A stretch of DNA of 64,000 nt from Blastocatellia bacterium. Lineage in GTDB: Bacteria > Acidobacteriota > Blastocatellia > UBA7656. A model generated the notes under the pieces. The model did no database searches. It had not been told where the DNA came from and saw only the letters and a list, made by a program, of their open reading frames with translations. The stretch lies in the NCBI GenBank assembly GCA_963765495.1, contig CAVXWP010000009.1, positions 256,001 to 320,000 of the forward strand. Direction: 5' to 3'. Shown in pieces: positions 44,941 to 53,886 of the stretch (its first letter is position 1; each line of letters begins with the position of its first letter). The position numbers were made by a program, and so were the translations under genes.

Positions 44941-45642
44941 ATGAGCGAAACACCTGTTATTGGAATAAGCGTCAGTCTTGATCACGGCAGGATCATAAAG
45001 AGAGATCACGATTATCTCTACATCAAGAGGGCCTATTCAAAAGCGGTCAGTAAGGCGGGCGGGCATCCCGTCCTGCTCACGCCTGATCTGGCGGTCGAGG
45101 CGGTTTCAAGGATCTGCAATGCGGTGATCATATCGGGCGGTGACGACATTGCGCCCGAGCTTTACGGCGAGCAGGCAAGTTCTCAGATAAATCCCGAATC
45201 GGCGGAAAGGATCGAGTGGGAGCGCCGCCTGCTTGATCTTTTTTCGGGGCGCGAGAAGCCTGTACTTGGAGTCTGTTACGGGATGCAGCTTATCAACGTA
45301 CATTTCGGCGGCAGTCTTTATCAGGATATTTCCGATGCCTTCGACAATCCTCTCGATCACGGAGGAATGGGTAAGGCCACAACCCACGCTTTGAGGATCA
45401 ATCAGGGATCGTCTCTCTTCCCCGTGCTGGGCTCCGAGGCTACGGTTTGCTCGACACACCATCAGGCGATAAAGCGGGTAGCGCCGGGGTTCAGCGTGGC
45501 CGCGACATCCGAGGATGAGATTATAGAAGCCATCGAGAGGGAAAACATTCTCGCCGTCGAGTGGCACCCGGAGGCCGACGCTACGGGAGAGCAGATTTAT
45601 TCACTGCTCGTAGAGAGGGCGAAAAGATTCAGGCAGGCTTGA
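44941..45642 (+). CDS. Peptidase C26 / gamma-glutamyl-gamma-aminobutyrate hydrolase family amidotransferase
   Basis: ISGGDDI, LGVCYGMQ (Cys nucleophile), HHQAI, VEWHPE. Confidence 0.9.
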   Translation: MSETPVIGISVSLDHGRIIKRDHDYLYIKRAYSKAVSKAGGHPVLLTPDLAVEAVSRICNAVIISGGDDIAPELYGEQASSQINPESAERIEWERRLLDLFSGREKPVLGVCYGMQLINVHFGGSLYQDISDAFDNPLDHGGMGKATTHALRINQGSSLFPVLGSEATVCSTHHQAIKRVAPGFSVAATSEDEIIEAIERENILAVEWHPEADATGEQIYSLLVERAKRFRQA

Positions 45643-45645
45643 GTT

Positions 45646-46158
45646 TTAGTATTTTATCTCCAGCCGCATGACGAAAGCGTCTTCGGTCGGCAGGCGATAA
45701 TAGTCGCGGCGGCGGCCTACGTAGTTGAAACCCATCTTTTTATAGAGCAGTTGCGCCGCCTCATTCGAGGCCCGGACTTCGAGCAGTATAAAAGTGATGC
45801 CCCGGCGCTTCCCTTCTTCGACGCCCTCTTCCATCAGTGACTGGCCTATGCCGATTCTACGATAATCGGGATGCGCCGCGATGTTATTGATGTGCATTTC
45901 GTCTTCAACGGTCCAGCCCGCCAGAAAACCTACCACGCCGGGGCTGTAAGGGTCTCTGGCAAGGTTTCGCGCCACAAGCATCACCGACCCGGCATTCTTC
46001 AGCAGTTCGCGTCTGTAGGCGTCATAGCCCCATTTGTTCAACCCGCTCGCCTCTTCGATGTTCACTACTTCGAGGAGGTCCATCTCTCCCATCGGCTCTA
46101 CACGGTAGGGCCGGATCATCGGCCACGGGTTCTGGTATACGGAATCACTTAATGACAA
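45646..46158 (-). CDS. rimI: Ribosomal protein alanine N-acetyltransferase
   Basis: EMHINNIAAHPDYRRIGIG, LEVRASN..AQ.LY, RRDYY..EDA; adjacent to tsaB. Confidence 0.9.
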   Translation of the reverse strand: MSLSDSVYQNPWPMIRPYRVEPMGEMDLLEVVNIEEASGLNKWGYDAYRRELLKNAGSVMLVARNLARDPYSPGVVGFLAGWTVEDEMHINNIAAHPDYRRIGIGQSLMEEGVEEGKRRGITFILLEVRASNEAAQLLYKKMGFNYVGRRRDYYRLPTEDAFVMRLEIKY

Positions 46159-46221
46159 GGCATCACTCCTCAGATTTTGTAACAGCTTTTGAGTGTAACT
46201 TGCAGACCGCGCTGATGCAAT

Positions 46222-47004
46222 CTATTCCCTGCCGGCCTCTCGTTTGACTTTGGACCCCAACAGCCCGAGCGACAGCTTAACCTCGGCTTCGGACGGGCGC
46301 ACATAACAGGCGCGCAGGGTTTCAGCCGTTTCGGTATCGCCCTGCGAGAATTTCAAGAAAGCGAGCTGCGCGATGTGATCGGCGAGAAATTTCGGAGACG
46401 GCCTCAAGTCGGGTCTGAAGGATATTTGCGAAGAATCAGCCCGCCGGTGAATCTCTTCCATAGAGGCGTTGACCGCGTCTCCGGCAAAGACGAGATCATC
46501 GAAGTGAGCCAGTCGCTCTACGGCCTCGGGCGCTCGCGTCACAGCAGGCTCATCTTCGGCTACGGGAATGCCCGCCTCATCGAATGTGAATAGTTGGGAA
46601 TAAACTTCGCCTTTGTACGCGCCCACGAGCGCGCAGACCCGTCTTGCAGGTCGGGCGGCAAAGGCCGCAGTTTCAAGCGAGGTCACACCGACGACGGGGC
46701 GAGCGGTTGCGGCGGCAAATCCCTTGATCGCGGCTATTCCAACTCTCAAGCCGGTGAAGCCCCCCGGCCCCACGCAAACGGAAAACAGCGATACATCTTT
46801 TATCGAGAATCCCGCTTCGCCAAACAGAAAATCAATCTCAGCCCATAGCCTTTCAGAACGCTTCTCTTCGGTCTCTACGCCGAAACTTGCGACAATCCGC
46901 TCGCCTCTCGCCAGAGCCATGCTTGTCACTTTGGTAGAGGTGTCGAGCGCAAGGATAAGCGGGTCGGTCTGTGTGATTGTGTTGCCGTTTGATTTATCAG
47001 CCAT
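46222..47004 (-). CDS. tsaB: tRNA threonylcarbamoyladenosine biosynthesis protein TsaB
   Basis: ILALDTST, GPGGFTGLRVG, YVRPSEAE. Start taken at ATG 47004. Confidence 0.92.
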   Translation of the reverse strand: MADKSNGNTITQTDPLILALDTSTKVTSMALARGERIVASFGVETEEKRSERLWAEIDFLFGEAGFSIKDVSLFSVCVGPGGFTGLRVGIAAIKGFAAATARPVVGVTSLETAAFAARPARRVCALVGAYKGEVYSQLFTFDEAGIPVAEDEPAVTRAPEAVERLAHFDDLVFAGDAVNASMEEIHRRADSSQISFRPDLRPSPKFLADHIAQLAFLKFSQGDTETAETLRACYVRPSEAEVKLSLGLLGSKVKREAGRE

Positions 47005-47048
47005 CGCTACAGGCAGATTATATATGCTGATGATTTGCGGGGCCATTA

Positions 47049-47390
47049 TGATGCGTGATTATCAGGAAGGCTGTTTGTAAAGACCAACTCCCAAGCCTGC
47101 TTGCGTCACGCTTCACGCATCACGAATCACGAGTCACGCAGGGCCATTCAGTTCTTGAGTTGAGGGCAATAGGCGGAAAAAATATTAAAGGTTGAATTGA
47201 CGCAAAGGCGAGTTGAAATAGGCCGCGGATGACGCGGATGCGGCGGATTTTCGCGGATCTGACCCAATTAGGTTTAATCCGCGTAGATCCGCTCGATCCG
47301 CGTTATCCGCCGCCTATTCCCCTTATCCTTTTCTACATATTGGAAAACTGAATGACTCTGCGAATCACGAATCACGCTCCGCGAATCACG
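47049..47390. repeat. (..TCACG)n heptamer element interrupted by MITE copy 4
   Basis: caagcctgcttgcgtcacgcttcacgcatcacgaatcacgagtcacg [MITE] cgaatcacgaatcacg. Confidence 0.78.
47139..47360. mobile_element. MITE-like element, copy 4 (222 bp)
   Basis: TIRs CAGGGCCATTCAGTTCT / AAAACTGAATGACTCTG. Flanks CGAGTCACG and CGAATCACG (8/9 match). Hairpin loop identical to copy 1. Confidence 0.87.
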
Positions 47391-47471
47391 CCAATGGCGC
47401 TGGCCATTCTTTCCTTCGCGGTTTAATATAAATTTCCTAAGCCGAAATACTCAGGACCTGTTCCGAATCTT

Positions 47472-50135
47472 ATGCCACAAAGTACACCAATGCTCAGGCA
47501 GTATCAGGAAATAAAACGCCAGCACCCGGGCACGCTTCTCTTTTTTCGCCTCGGCGATTTCTATGAACTTTTCTTCGACGACGCGGTGATCGGAGCCCGT
47601 GAACTTGAGATCACTCTGACAGCCCGCAATCGAGAGCACGGCGCGCCTGTGCCGATGTGCGGAGTCCCCTATCACGCGGCGAGCGGCTATATCGCAAAGC
47701 TCGTGCGCAAGGGGTATCGCGTGGCGATTTGCGAGCAGACCGAAGACCCGAAAAAGGCCACAAAGCTCGTACGCCGCGAAGTGGTCAGGATAGTCACGCC
47801 CGGCACGGCCATAGACGCGCAGTTACTAGAGGCTCGCGAGAACAACTATCTCGGGGCCATAGCGGGCGCGGGTCACGGATTCGGCGCGGCATTTCTGGAC
47901 CTGTCCACGGGTGAGTTTGTGGCTACGGAGTTTTCAGGAGAGGCGGCCTGGGAGCGGGTGCTTGAGCAGTTGGATTGTTTCGCGCCGCGAGAGATCATCT
48001 TTGCGAAATCGCTTGAGCCCCTGTTCAAATCGGGCAAGCAGCGCGACGAGCAGTCAAACATAGTCACAGCCGATCAAACCGGCACGCAGTCGCCCTCGCT
48101 TTCGGGGCGCGAGACCTCGCTCAATCCGCTCGATGACTGGTTGTTTTCCTTCGAGCATTCAAGGGATTTGTTGCTCTCGCATTTTGATGTGGCCTCGCTT
48201 GACGGGTTCGGATTGAACAGGCGCGAGATGGCTACTTCGGCTGCGGGCGCGGTTCTCAGTTATGTGCGAGAGACGCAGAAGGAAGATGCAGATCACATAA
48301 CGGGGCTTTCATATTTCGAGCCGGGCGATTTCCTGATCCTGGACGGGCCTACGGTTCGAAATCTTGAGCTTGTAGAATCGCTCGACGGCACGCGCGCGCG
48401 CACACTGCTTGGCGTGCTCGATGAATGTGTAACGGGAATGGGGTCGCGGTTGCTCAAGCAATGGCTCCTGCGCCCTTCGATGAGGCTTGGCGAGCTTACG
48501 GCTCGGCTCGACGCGGTAGACGAATTGAAGACCGCGCTCATATTGCGCGACCGGCTGCGCGCAGAGCTAAAGAAAGTTTCGGACCTTGAACGGCTGATGG
48601 CGCGCATCAGCATGGGCCGGGCCATGCCGCGCGATCTGGTCTCGCTCAAGAATTCAGCCGACTGCATACCCGACATCAAGGTATTATTGTCGGATGCGAC
48701 CGCATCCTTACTTGAAATTCTGGCCGAAAACCTCGACGAATTGCCCGATCTGCGCGATCTGATCGGAGCGAGTCTCGACGATGAGCCCCCGGCAAGTCTG
48801 GCCGAAGGCGGTTACATACGCGCAGGCTACAACGCGGAGCTTGACGAGTTACGCGAGCTTGCGACATCCAACAAGAGCGTCATCGCGCAGATCGAATCAC
48901 GCGAGCGGGCGCGCACCGGGATAGCTTCGCTCAAGGTGAAGTTTAACAACGTCTTCGGCTATTTTATCGAGATCAGCAAGTCAAACCTTAAGAACGCGCC
49001 TGAGAATTACGAACGCCGCCAGACGCTCACGAATGCCGAGCGATTCACTACGCCCGAGCTAAAGGAATACGAGGGCAAGGTGCTGGGCGCGGAAGAGCGA
49101 ATCTCGGAGCTTGAGCAACAGCTTTTCTCTACCATAAGGCAGGCGGTGGCAATCGAGACCCGGCGCGTGCAGACCGTAGCATCTGCGCTTGCGATGCTCG
49201 ACGTTTTGTTGTCGCTTGCCGAGATAGCGGCGCGGCGCAATTACTCGCGTCCTCTGCTTACGGAGGAAGATGAGATTTACATCAAGGCAGGCCGCCACCC
49301 GGTGATCGAAGCGACCGGCGAAAGGTTCATCCCCAACGACACTTATTTGAACAACTCGACCGACCGGCTCGTGGTGCTGACGGGCGCGAATATGGGCGGC
49401 AAGAGCACCTATTTGCGCCAGATCGCGCTCATTTCGGTCCTTGCTCAGATAGGCTCTTTTGTGCCCGCCGAAGAGGCGCGGCTCGCGATAGTAGACCGCG
49501 TATTCACTCGCGTAGGCGCGTCGGACAATCTGGCGCGCGGGCGTTCGACCTTCATGGTCGAGATGACCGAAACGGCCAACATACTCAACACCGCGACTCC
49601 GCGCAGTCTGGTCCTTCTTGATGAAGTGGGGCGGGGCACGGCCACCTTTGACGGGCTTTCGCTCGCGTGGGCGATAGCCGAATATCTTCACGACAACCCT
49701 CATCACGCGGGCAAAACGCTGTTTGCCACGCACTATCACGAGATGACCGAACTTGCGAAGCTTCTGCCCGGAGTGCGCAACTATCAAATGGCGATCAAAG
49801 AGTCGGAAGGCTCTATAGTCTTTCTTCGGCGCGTAGTCGAAGGAAGCGCGTCAAAATCCTACGGCATAGAGGTAGCAAGGCTTGCGGGTCTTCCGCAAAC
49901 GGTTATCGAGCGGGCAAGAGAAATACTCGGCAACCTCGAAGCCAACGAGTTGGATGTGACGGGGCGGCCCAAGCTTGCGCGCCATCTGCCTTCGCGCAAA
50001 GGCGCGCCCCAGCCTACGTTGTTTGAAGTAGCCAACGACGCGGTCATCGAAGAGCTACGAAACATCGACACGGAAGACCTTGACCCGGAGCAGGCAATGA
50101 AGGCCCTGAAGAAATTGAAAGAAGGGCTGGTTTAA
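47472..50135 (+). CDS. mutS: DNA mismatch repair protein MutS
   Basis: TPMLRQY, GDFYELF, TGANMGGKSTY, STFMVEM, DEVGRGT, SYGIEVA. Confidence 0.98.
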   Translation: MPQSTPMLRQYQEIKRQHPGTLLFFRLGDFYELFFDDAVIGARELEITLTARNREHGAPVPMCGVPYHAASGYIAKLVRKGYRVAICEQTEDPKKATKLVRREVVRIVTPGTAIDAQLLEARENNYLGAIAGAGHGFGAAFLDLSTGEFVATEFSGEAAWERVLEQLDCFAPREIIFAKSLEPLFKSGKQRDEQSNIVTADQTGTQSPSLSGRETSLNPLDDWLFSFEHSRDLLLSHFDVASLDGFGLNRREMATSAAGAVLSYVRETQKEDADHITGLSYFEPGDFLILDGPTVRNLELVESLDGTRARTLLGVLDECVTGMGSRLLKQWLLRPSMRLGELTARLDAVDELKTALILRDRLRAELKKVSDLERLMARISMGRAMPRDLVSLKNSADCIPDIKVLLSDATASLLEILAENLDELPDLRDLIGASLDDEPPASLAEGGYIRAGYNAELDELRELATSNKSVIAQIESRERARTGIASLKVKFNNVFGYFIEISKSNLKNAPENYERRQTLTNAERFTTPELKEYEGKVLGAEERISELEQQLFSTIRQAVAIETRRVQTVASALAMLDVLLSLAEIAARRNYSRPLLTEEDEIYIKAGRHPVIEATGERFIPNDTYLNNSTDRLVVLTGANMGGKSTYLRQIALISVLAQIGSFVPAEEARLAIVDRVFTRVGASDNLARGRSTFMVEMTETANILNTATPRSLVLLDEVGRGTATFDGLSLAWAIAEYLHDNPHHAGKTLFATHYHEMTELAKLLPGVRNYQMAIKESEGSIVFLRRVVEGSASKSYGIEVARLAGLPQTVIERAREILGNLEANELDVTGRPKLARHLPSRKGAPQPTLFEVANDAVIEELRNIDTEDLDPEQAMKALKKLKEGLV

Positions 50136-50175
50136 ATTGCTCTGGAAAGCGTGACGCATGGAGACCAAAACTCAC

Positions 50176-51672
50176 CTAAACCTTTACGATTTTTTTCACC
50201 GAAGCTAAATCGTCCGGCCCAAGTTCTCTAGTGAGCAAAAGCGCGCCCACGTAGATCAACGAAAGAACAACAAGCTCTATCAATATCACTGGTTTTGATG
50301 TCGAAGAATATGCCCGCGAGGCCAGATAGACTACTCCCGCGGAGGCGGCGATTCGCAATACCGACAGCATCGGGATTATCGAGCCAAACTTGCTGATGAG
50401 ATAAATGCTCCCAACGACCGTCCCCAATAACATTGCGGCAGTCGTAGCGATGGCCGCCCCCCTGAGCCCGTAAGCCGGTATCAAGACCGCGTTGAGCGCG
50501 GCGCTTGCCACAAGCGTCAAGGCCGCAAGCAGGACCGAAACCGCAGGCCGCCCGCTCGCAGATATTATAGTCGTCAAAACGTATAGCAACCCGAAAAGCA
50601 ACATCCCGTAAGCGACTATCACAAGCGCGGGGCTGCCCGCCTGATAGTCCTCGGGCAAGGCGACTCGCAAAACCTCAGAGGCATTGGCCGAAAATAACGT
50701 CGCCACCAGAGCCATTATCATCAACGAATACCTGATCGTATTGGCTATGTACCCCTGTGTTCTCTGTCGGTCGTTTGCAAAAGTAGATTCCGAGACGAGC
50801 GGAAAAATGACAAACGTTGCCGAGATTATTATCTGGTAGGTGATATTCGCGATATTGATCGCCGCGCCGTAGGAGCCTACATTCGCGCTCGCGATTATCG
50901 GGTCGTCGGATGAAAGAGCCTTGATAAATAACGTGTCAACTTTCTGAAGCAGGTTCAGGATAAAGGTAAAGAGCAACAGATAACCCTGAAACCTGATCAG
51001 GTCCGAGGCGCGAACTTCTCCCGTTCGCTCAGCCCTGCCTGCCACGATCCACGACACGGCGAGCACGCTTGCAGCAGCCAGCGCAAATCCTCCCACGCCG
51101 CCCATAACCCCATAGCCAAACCACACAAACGCGACTATGAAGATGAGTTTCAGAGTCGAATAAGTCATATCGAGCGCGGCCTGCGAAAGGAATCGTCTCT
51201 GCCCGTTGAAATAGCCCGTAAAGACCGCATAGAAGGAATACGAGAGCGTGATCAGCGAAGCGAGGCGCAAGTAATTGACAAGGCTCGGGTCGTTGAGTTG
51301 ATCGGCAATGAGCGGAGCGAGCAGAAAAAAGCCGAGCGAAGCCCCGCCGCCTACAAGCGTCTGCAACCTGAACGCCTTCGCTTTCACAGCTCCGGCTTTT
51401 GTCGGTTCCTGCGAAATATATTTCGATACGGTCTGGTATGTGCCCGTGATGATGACGGCATTTACGACGGAGACGGCCCCTATAACGACCTGATAATTCC
51501 CCACCTCCGCCTTGCTTATCAGGCGCGTCATTATCAGATAAATGCCGTACCCGCTCAGCATAAACCAGAGCTTTGCTGCCGTGATATAGATAGTTCCGCG
51601 CCCCGCGACTCTGGCTACATCAGTTGGCGGTGTTTGCGGTTCTACTCCCTTGACGGTTGATAACTGGCTCAT
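50176..51672 (-). CDS. Oligosaccharide flippase (Wzx/MOP family)
   Basis: About 14 TM helices; LNAVLIPAYGLRGAAIAT motif. Confidence 0.85.
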   Translation of the reverse strand: MSQLSTVKGVEPQTPPTDVARVAGRGTIYITAAKLWFMLSGYGIYLIMTRLISKAEVGNYQVVIGAVSVVNAVIITGTYQTVSKYISQEPTKAGAVKAKAFRLQTLVGGGASLGFFLLAPLIADQLNDPSLVNYLRLASLITLSYSFYAVFTGYFNGQRRFLSQAALDMTYSTLKLIFIVAFVWFGYGVMGGVGGFALAAASVLAVSWIVAGRAERTGEVRASDLIRFQGYLLLFTFILNLLQKVDTLFIKALSSDDPIIASANVGSYGAAINIANITYQIIISATFVIFPLVSESTFANDRQRTQGYIANTIRYSLMIMALVATLFSANASEVLRVALPEDYQAGSPALVIVAYGMLLFGLLYVLTTIISASGRPAVSVLLAALTLVASAALNAVLIPAYGLRGAAIATTAAMLLGTVVGSIYLISKFGSIIPMLSVLRIAASAGVVYLASRAYSSTSKPVILIELVVLSLIYVGALLLTRELGPDDLASVKKIVKV

Positions 51673-51678
51673 TATTCC

Positions 51679-52995
51679 TCAATGTATTTTTATGATTTGC
51701 AAAAAACTCTCGCCCAGACGCGACCAGTCGTAAGCGGCAACCGTTTGCCTTGCGTTTTCGGCAAGCCGCAGGCCCATCTCGGGATTGCTCAAAATAAGGT
51801 TCAACTTATCGGCCAGCATCCGGTGATTCCCCGGCTCGAAAAGCAGGCCGTTCTGCCCCTCAACGATGATTTCGGCAAGCCCGCCCACATTTGATGCAAT
51901 GACGGGACACCCCAGAGCCATAGCCTCAAGACAGACGACCGGCAATCCTTCGGTCCTTCCGCAGGGTAGCACAAGCGAAGGAATCACCACCACGTCGGAG
52001 GCGGAAACCAACCGTTCACGTTCATCCGCCCCGACCCTCCCCAAAAACGTCGCATCCACCGATAAGCGCCTTGCACGCGCTTCAAGCTTCTGCCTCAACT
52101 CCCCGTCACCCGCTACGATGAGCCGCGCACCATCAAGATATTGCAAGGCTTCGAGCAGCACCTCGACTCCCTTGATCTCAATCAATCGACCTATGAACAA
52201 AACATTTTTACCGGATGACGATTGATTGTAGGGGCGATTGACGCATGATGTGCTAACGCACGGCGCGGGCTTATCCCCGTCCGAATCCGCCGTTGGCGCG
52301 ATGGCAGTCATCGCCCTTCGGGCGATCCGGGCAGGGACAAGCCCTGCCCCTACATTCGCCTCGCATGGTTGATTTAGGTTTACGCCCATCGGCAGCACAT
52401 CTATTTTATCGTCTGCATCGGGGCAGAGGCCGAGGAGTTTGTCTTTCAAATCTGCGCTCACGGTGATGACGCGGCGACTGGAATTGACTATGAAACGGGC
52501 GAGCAGGCGGCCCCCCTTCATTCGAATAAGCAGGTGCAGCGCGCCGGAATGTTCGATGACGATGTGGGGTTTTCGAGTGAGCCGGGCTATTACCGCACCC
52601 GTCAGACCCGAAGGCAGCATCCAGTGGGAACAGATCACATCTGCCGAAAGCGCCTCTCTGAAAGCTGCTATGAAGAAAGACAGAACAGAAACCAGCGCGG
52701 CGATTTTGACCGGCCAGCGCCTTCCGAGCGCGAGATTGAAATCCGCACTCGCCTGCAAAGGATCAAGAGCCCGGGGCAAAAGCGCGGGCGCGCGTGTCAG
52801 GGTGAAGACATCAGGCGGATGGCCATCCGCCTGATGGTCTTCCGCCCGATTATCAGAGGGCGCGAGCACGCGGACCTGAAAATCCGAACCGATGCGGCGA
52901 GCAAATTCTCGAACATAGCCGCAGGTCTCATCCTCCGGCCCGCGCGGGAACGAACTGGTGAGGATGAGTATTTTAGGTCTTCTCTGGTTCTTCAA
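51679..52995 (-). CDS. Glycosyltransferase family 4 (GT-B) with an in-frame palindromic insertion
   Basis: LTSSFPR, FIGRLIEIKG, EGLPVVCLEAMALG, SNVGGL. Confidence 0.9.
   Translation of the reverse strand: MKNQRRPKILILTSSFPRGPEDETCGYVREFARRIGSDFQVRVLAPSDNRAEDHQADGHPPDVFTLTRAPALLPRALDPLQASADFNLALGRRWPVKIAALVSVLSFFIAAFREALSADVICSHWMLPSGLTGAVIARLTRKPHIVIEHSGALHLLIRMKGGRLLARFIVNSSRRVITVSADLKDKLLGLCPDADDKIDVLPMGVNLNQPCEANVGAGLVPARIARRAMTAIAPTADSDGDKPAPCVSTSCVNRPYNQSSSGKNVLFIGRLIEIKGVEVLLEALQYLDGARLIVAGDGELRQKLEARARRLSVDATFLGRVGADERERLVSASDVVVIPSLVLPCGRTEGLPVVCLEAMALGCPVIASNVGGLAEIIVEGQNGLLFEPGNHRMLADKLNLILSNPEMGLRLAENARQTVAAYDWSRLGESFLQIIKIH
52227..52354. repeat. GTAG REP-like palindromic element inserted in frame in the GT4 gene
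   Basis: Ends tgtaggggc ... gcccctaca. The minus strand matches 61120-61167 at 47 of 48 positions. Confidence 0.85.
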
Positions 52996-52999
52996 TCTC

Positions 53000-53779
53000 T
53001 TACTTTGCGCTGGTGCTTTCGCTCTTTTGCGGCAACAGAAAGCCCGGGGCCGGGTCAGATGACAGCTTGCTTCGAAAATAACTCTTCGCGATGAGATATA
53101 TGATCGCAGGCACGGCCGTCAACGGATTGATGCCCGAGACCTCATCGCCGTAGATACACCTGACCGGCACGCTTTCGACCGCAAGCCCCGTTCGAGAAGC
53201 GGCAAAGACCATTTCGTTTGGGAAGCCATAGCGGTCATATAACTCGTCAAGCTCGATCTGTTCGAGCGCCGCCCGCCGAATGACCGTGTATCCGCATTGC
53301 GCGTCGAGCGGAATTTCGAATTCTGCCGCATGCCTTGTGAGCCAGCTAAAGATCGTATTGCCGATGAACCGGGCCACGGGCATACAGCCTATGGTTTCAA
53401 GATGCAGGAAGCGATTGCCCTTCACATAATCGATTCCGCCGACGGCGCGATCAAGCAGCGCGCTCAAATCCCGTCCGTCCATCTGCCCGTCCCCATCCAT
53501 TACGCCGATCAGATCGACATCCGCCCTCAGACAATATCTGTAACCTGTTTTCGTAGCCGCTCCCACACCGCGATTCGCCCCGTGACGAAGCCTGATCAGA
53601 TTGCCGTTGTCGATCTCGGAGAGCCGCTGCCACGTATCGTCCGTACTTCCGTCATCAACGGCGACGATCAAATCAACAAAGGAGGGAACTCGACGGATGG
53701 CCCGCGCCAGATGATCCTGTTCGTTATGAATCGGCATCACAACCGCTATACGATGACCTTTGTACATTCTTCGCTCCAA
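53000..53779 (-). CDS. Glycosyltransferase family 2
   Basis: VVMPIHNE, VDDGSTD, NRGVG, MDGDGQ, KGNRF. Start may be ATG 53767. Confidence 0.9.
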   Translation of the reverse strand: MERRMYKGHRIAVVMPIHNEQDHLARAIRRVPSFVDLIVAVDDGSTDDTWQRLSEIDNGNLIRLRHGANRGVGAATKTGYRYCLRADVDLIGVMDGDGQMDGRDLSALLDRAVGGIDYVKGNRFLHLETIGCMPVARFIGNTIFSWLTRHAAEFEIPLDAQCGYTVIRRAALEQIELDELYDRYGFPNEMVFAASRTGLAVESVPVRCIYGDEVSGINPLTAVPAIIYLIAKSYFRSKLSSDPAPGFLLPQKSESTSAK

Positions 53780-53790
53780 AGATAAGGGTA

Positions 53791-53886
53791 AGTGAATCGT
53801 GAATCGTGATTCGTGAAATAGCTGATTACCTGTTAATTGCCATCAGCCTGTCAGGTCCGGTCACGCATCACGCATCACGATTCACT
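53791..53886. repeat. (CGTGA..)n/(..TCACG)n heptamer hairpin element
   Basis: agtgaatcgtgaatcgtgattcgtga ... ctgtcaggtccggtcacgcatcacgcatcacgattcact. Includes the upstream gene's stop codon. Confidence 0.82.
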
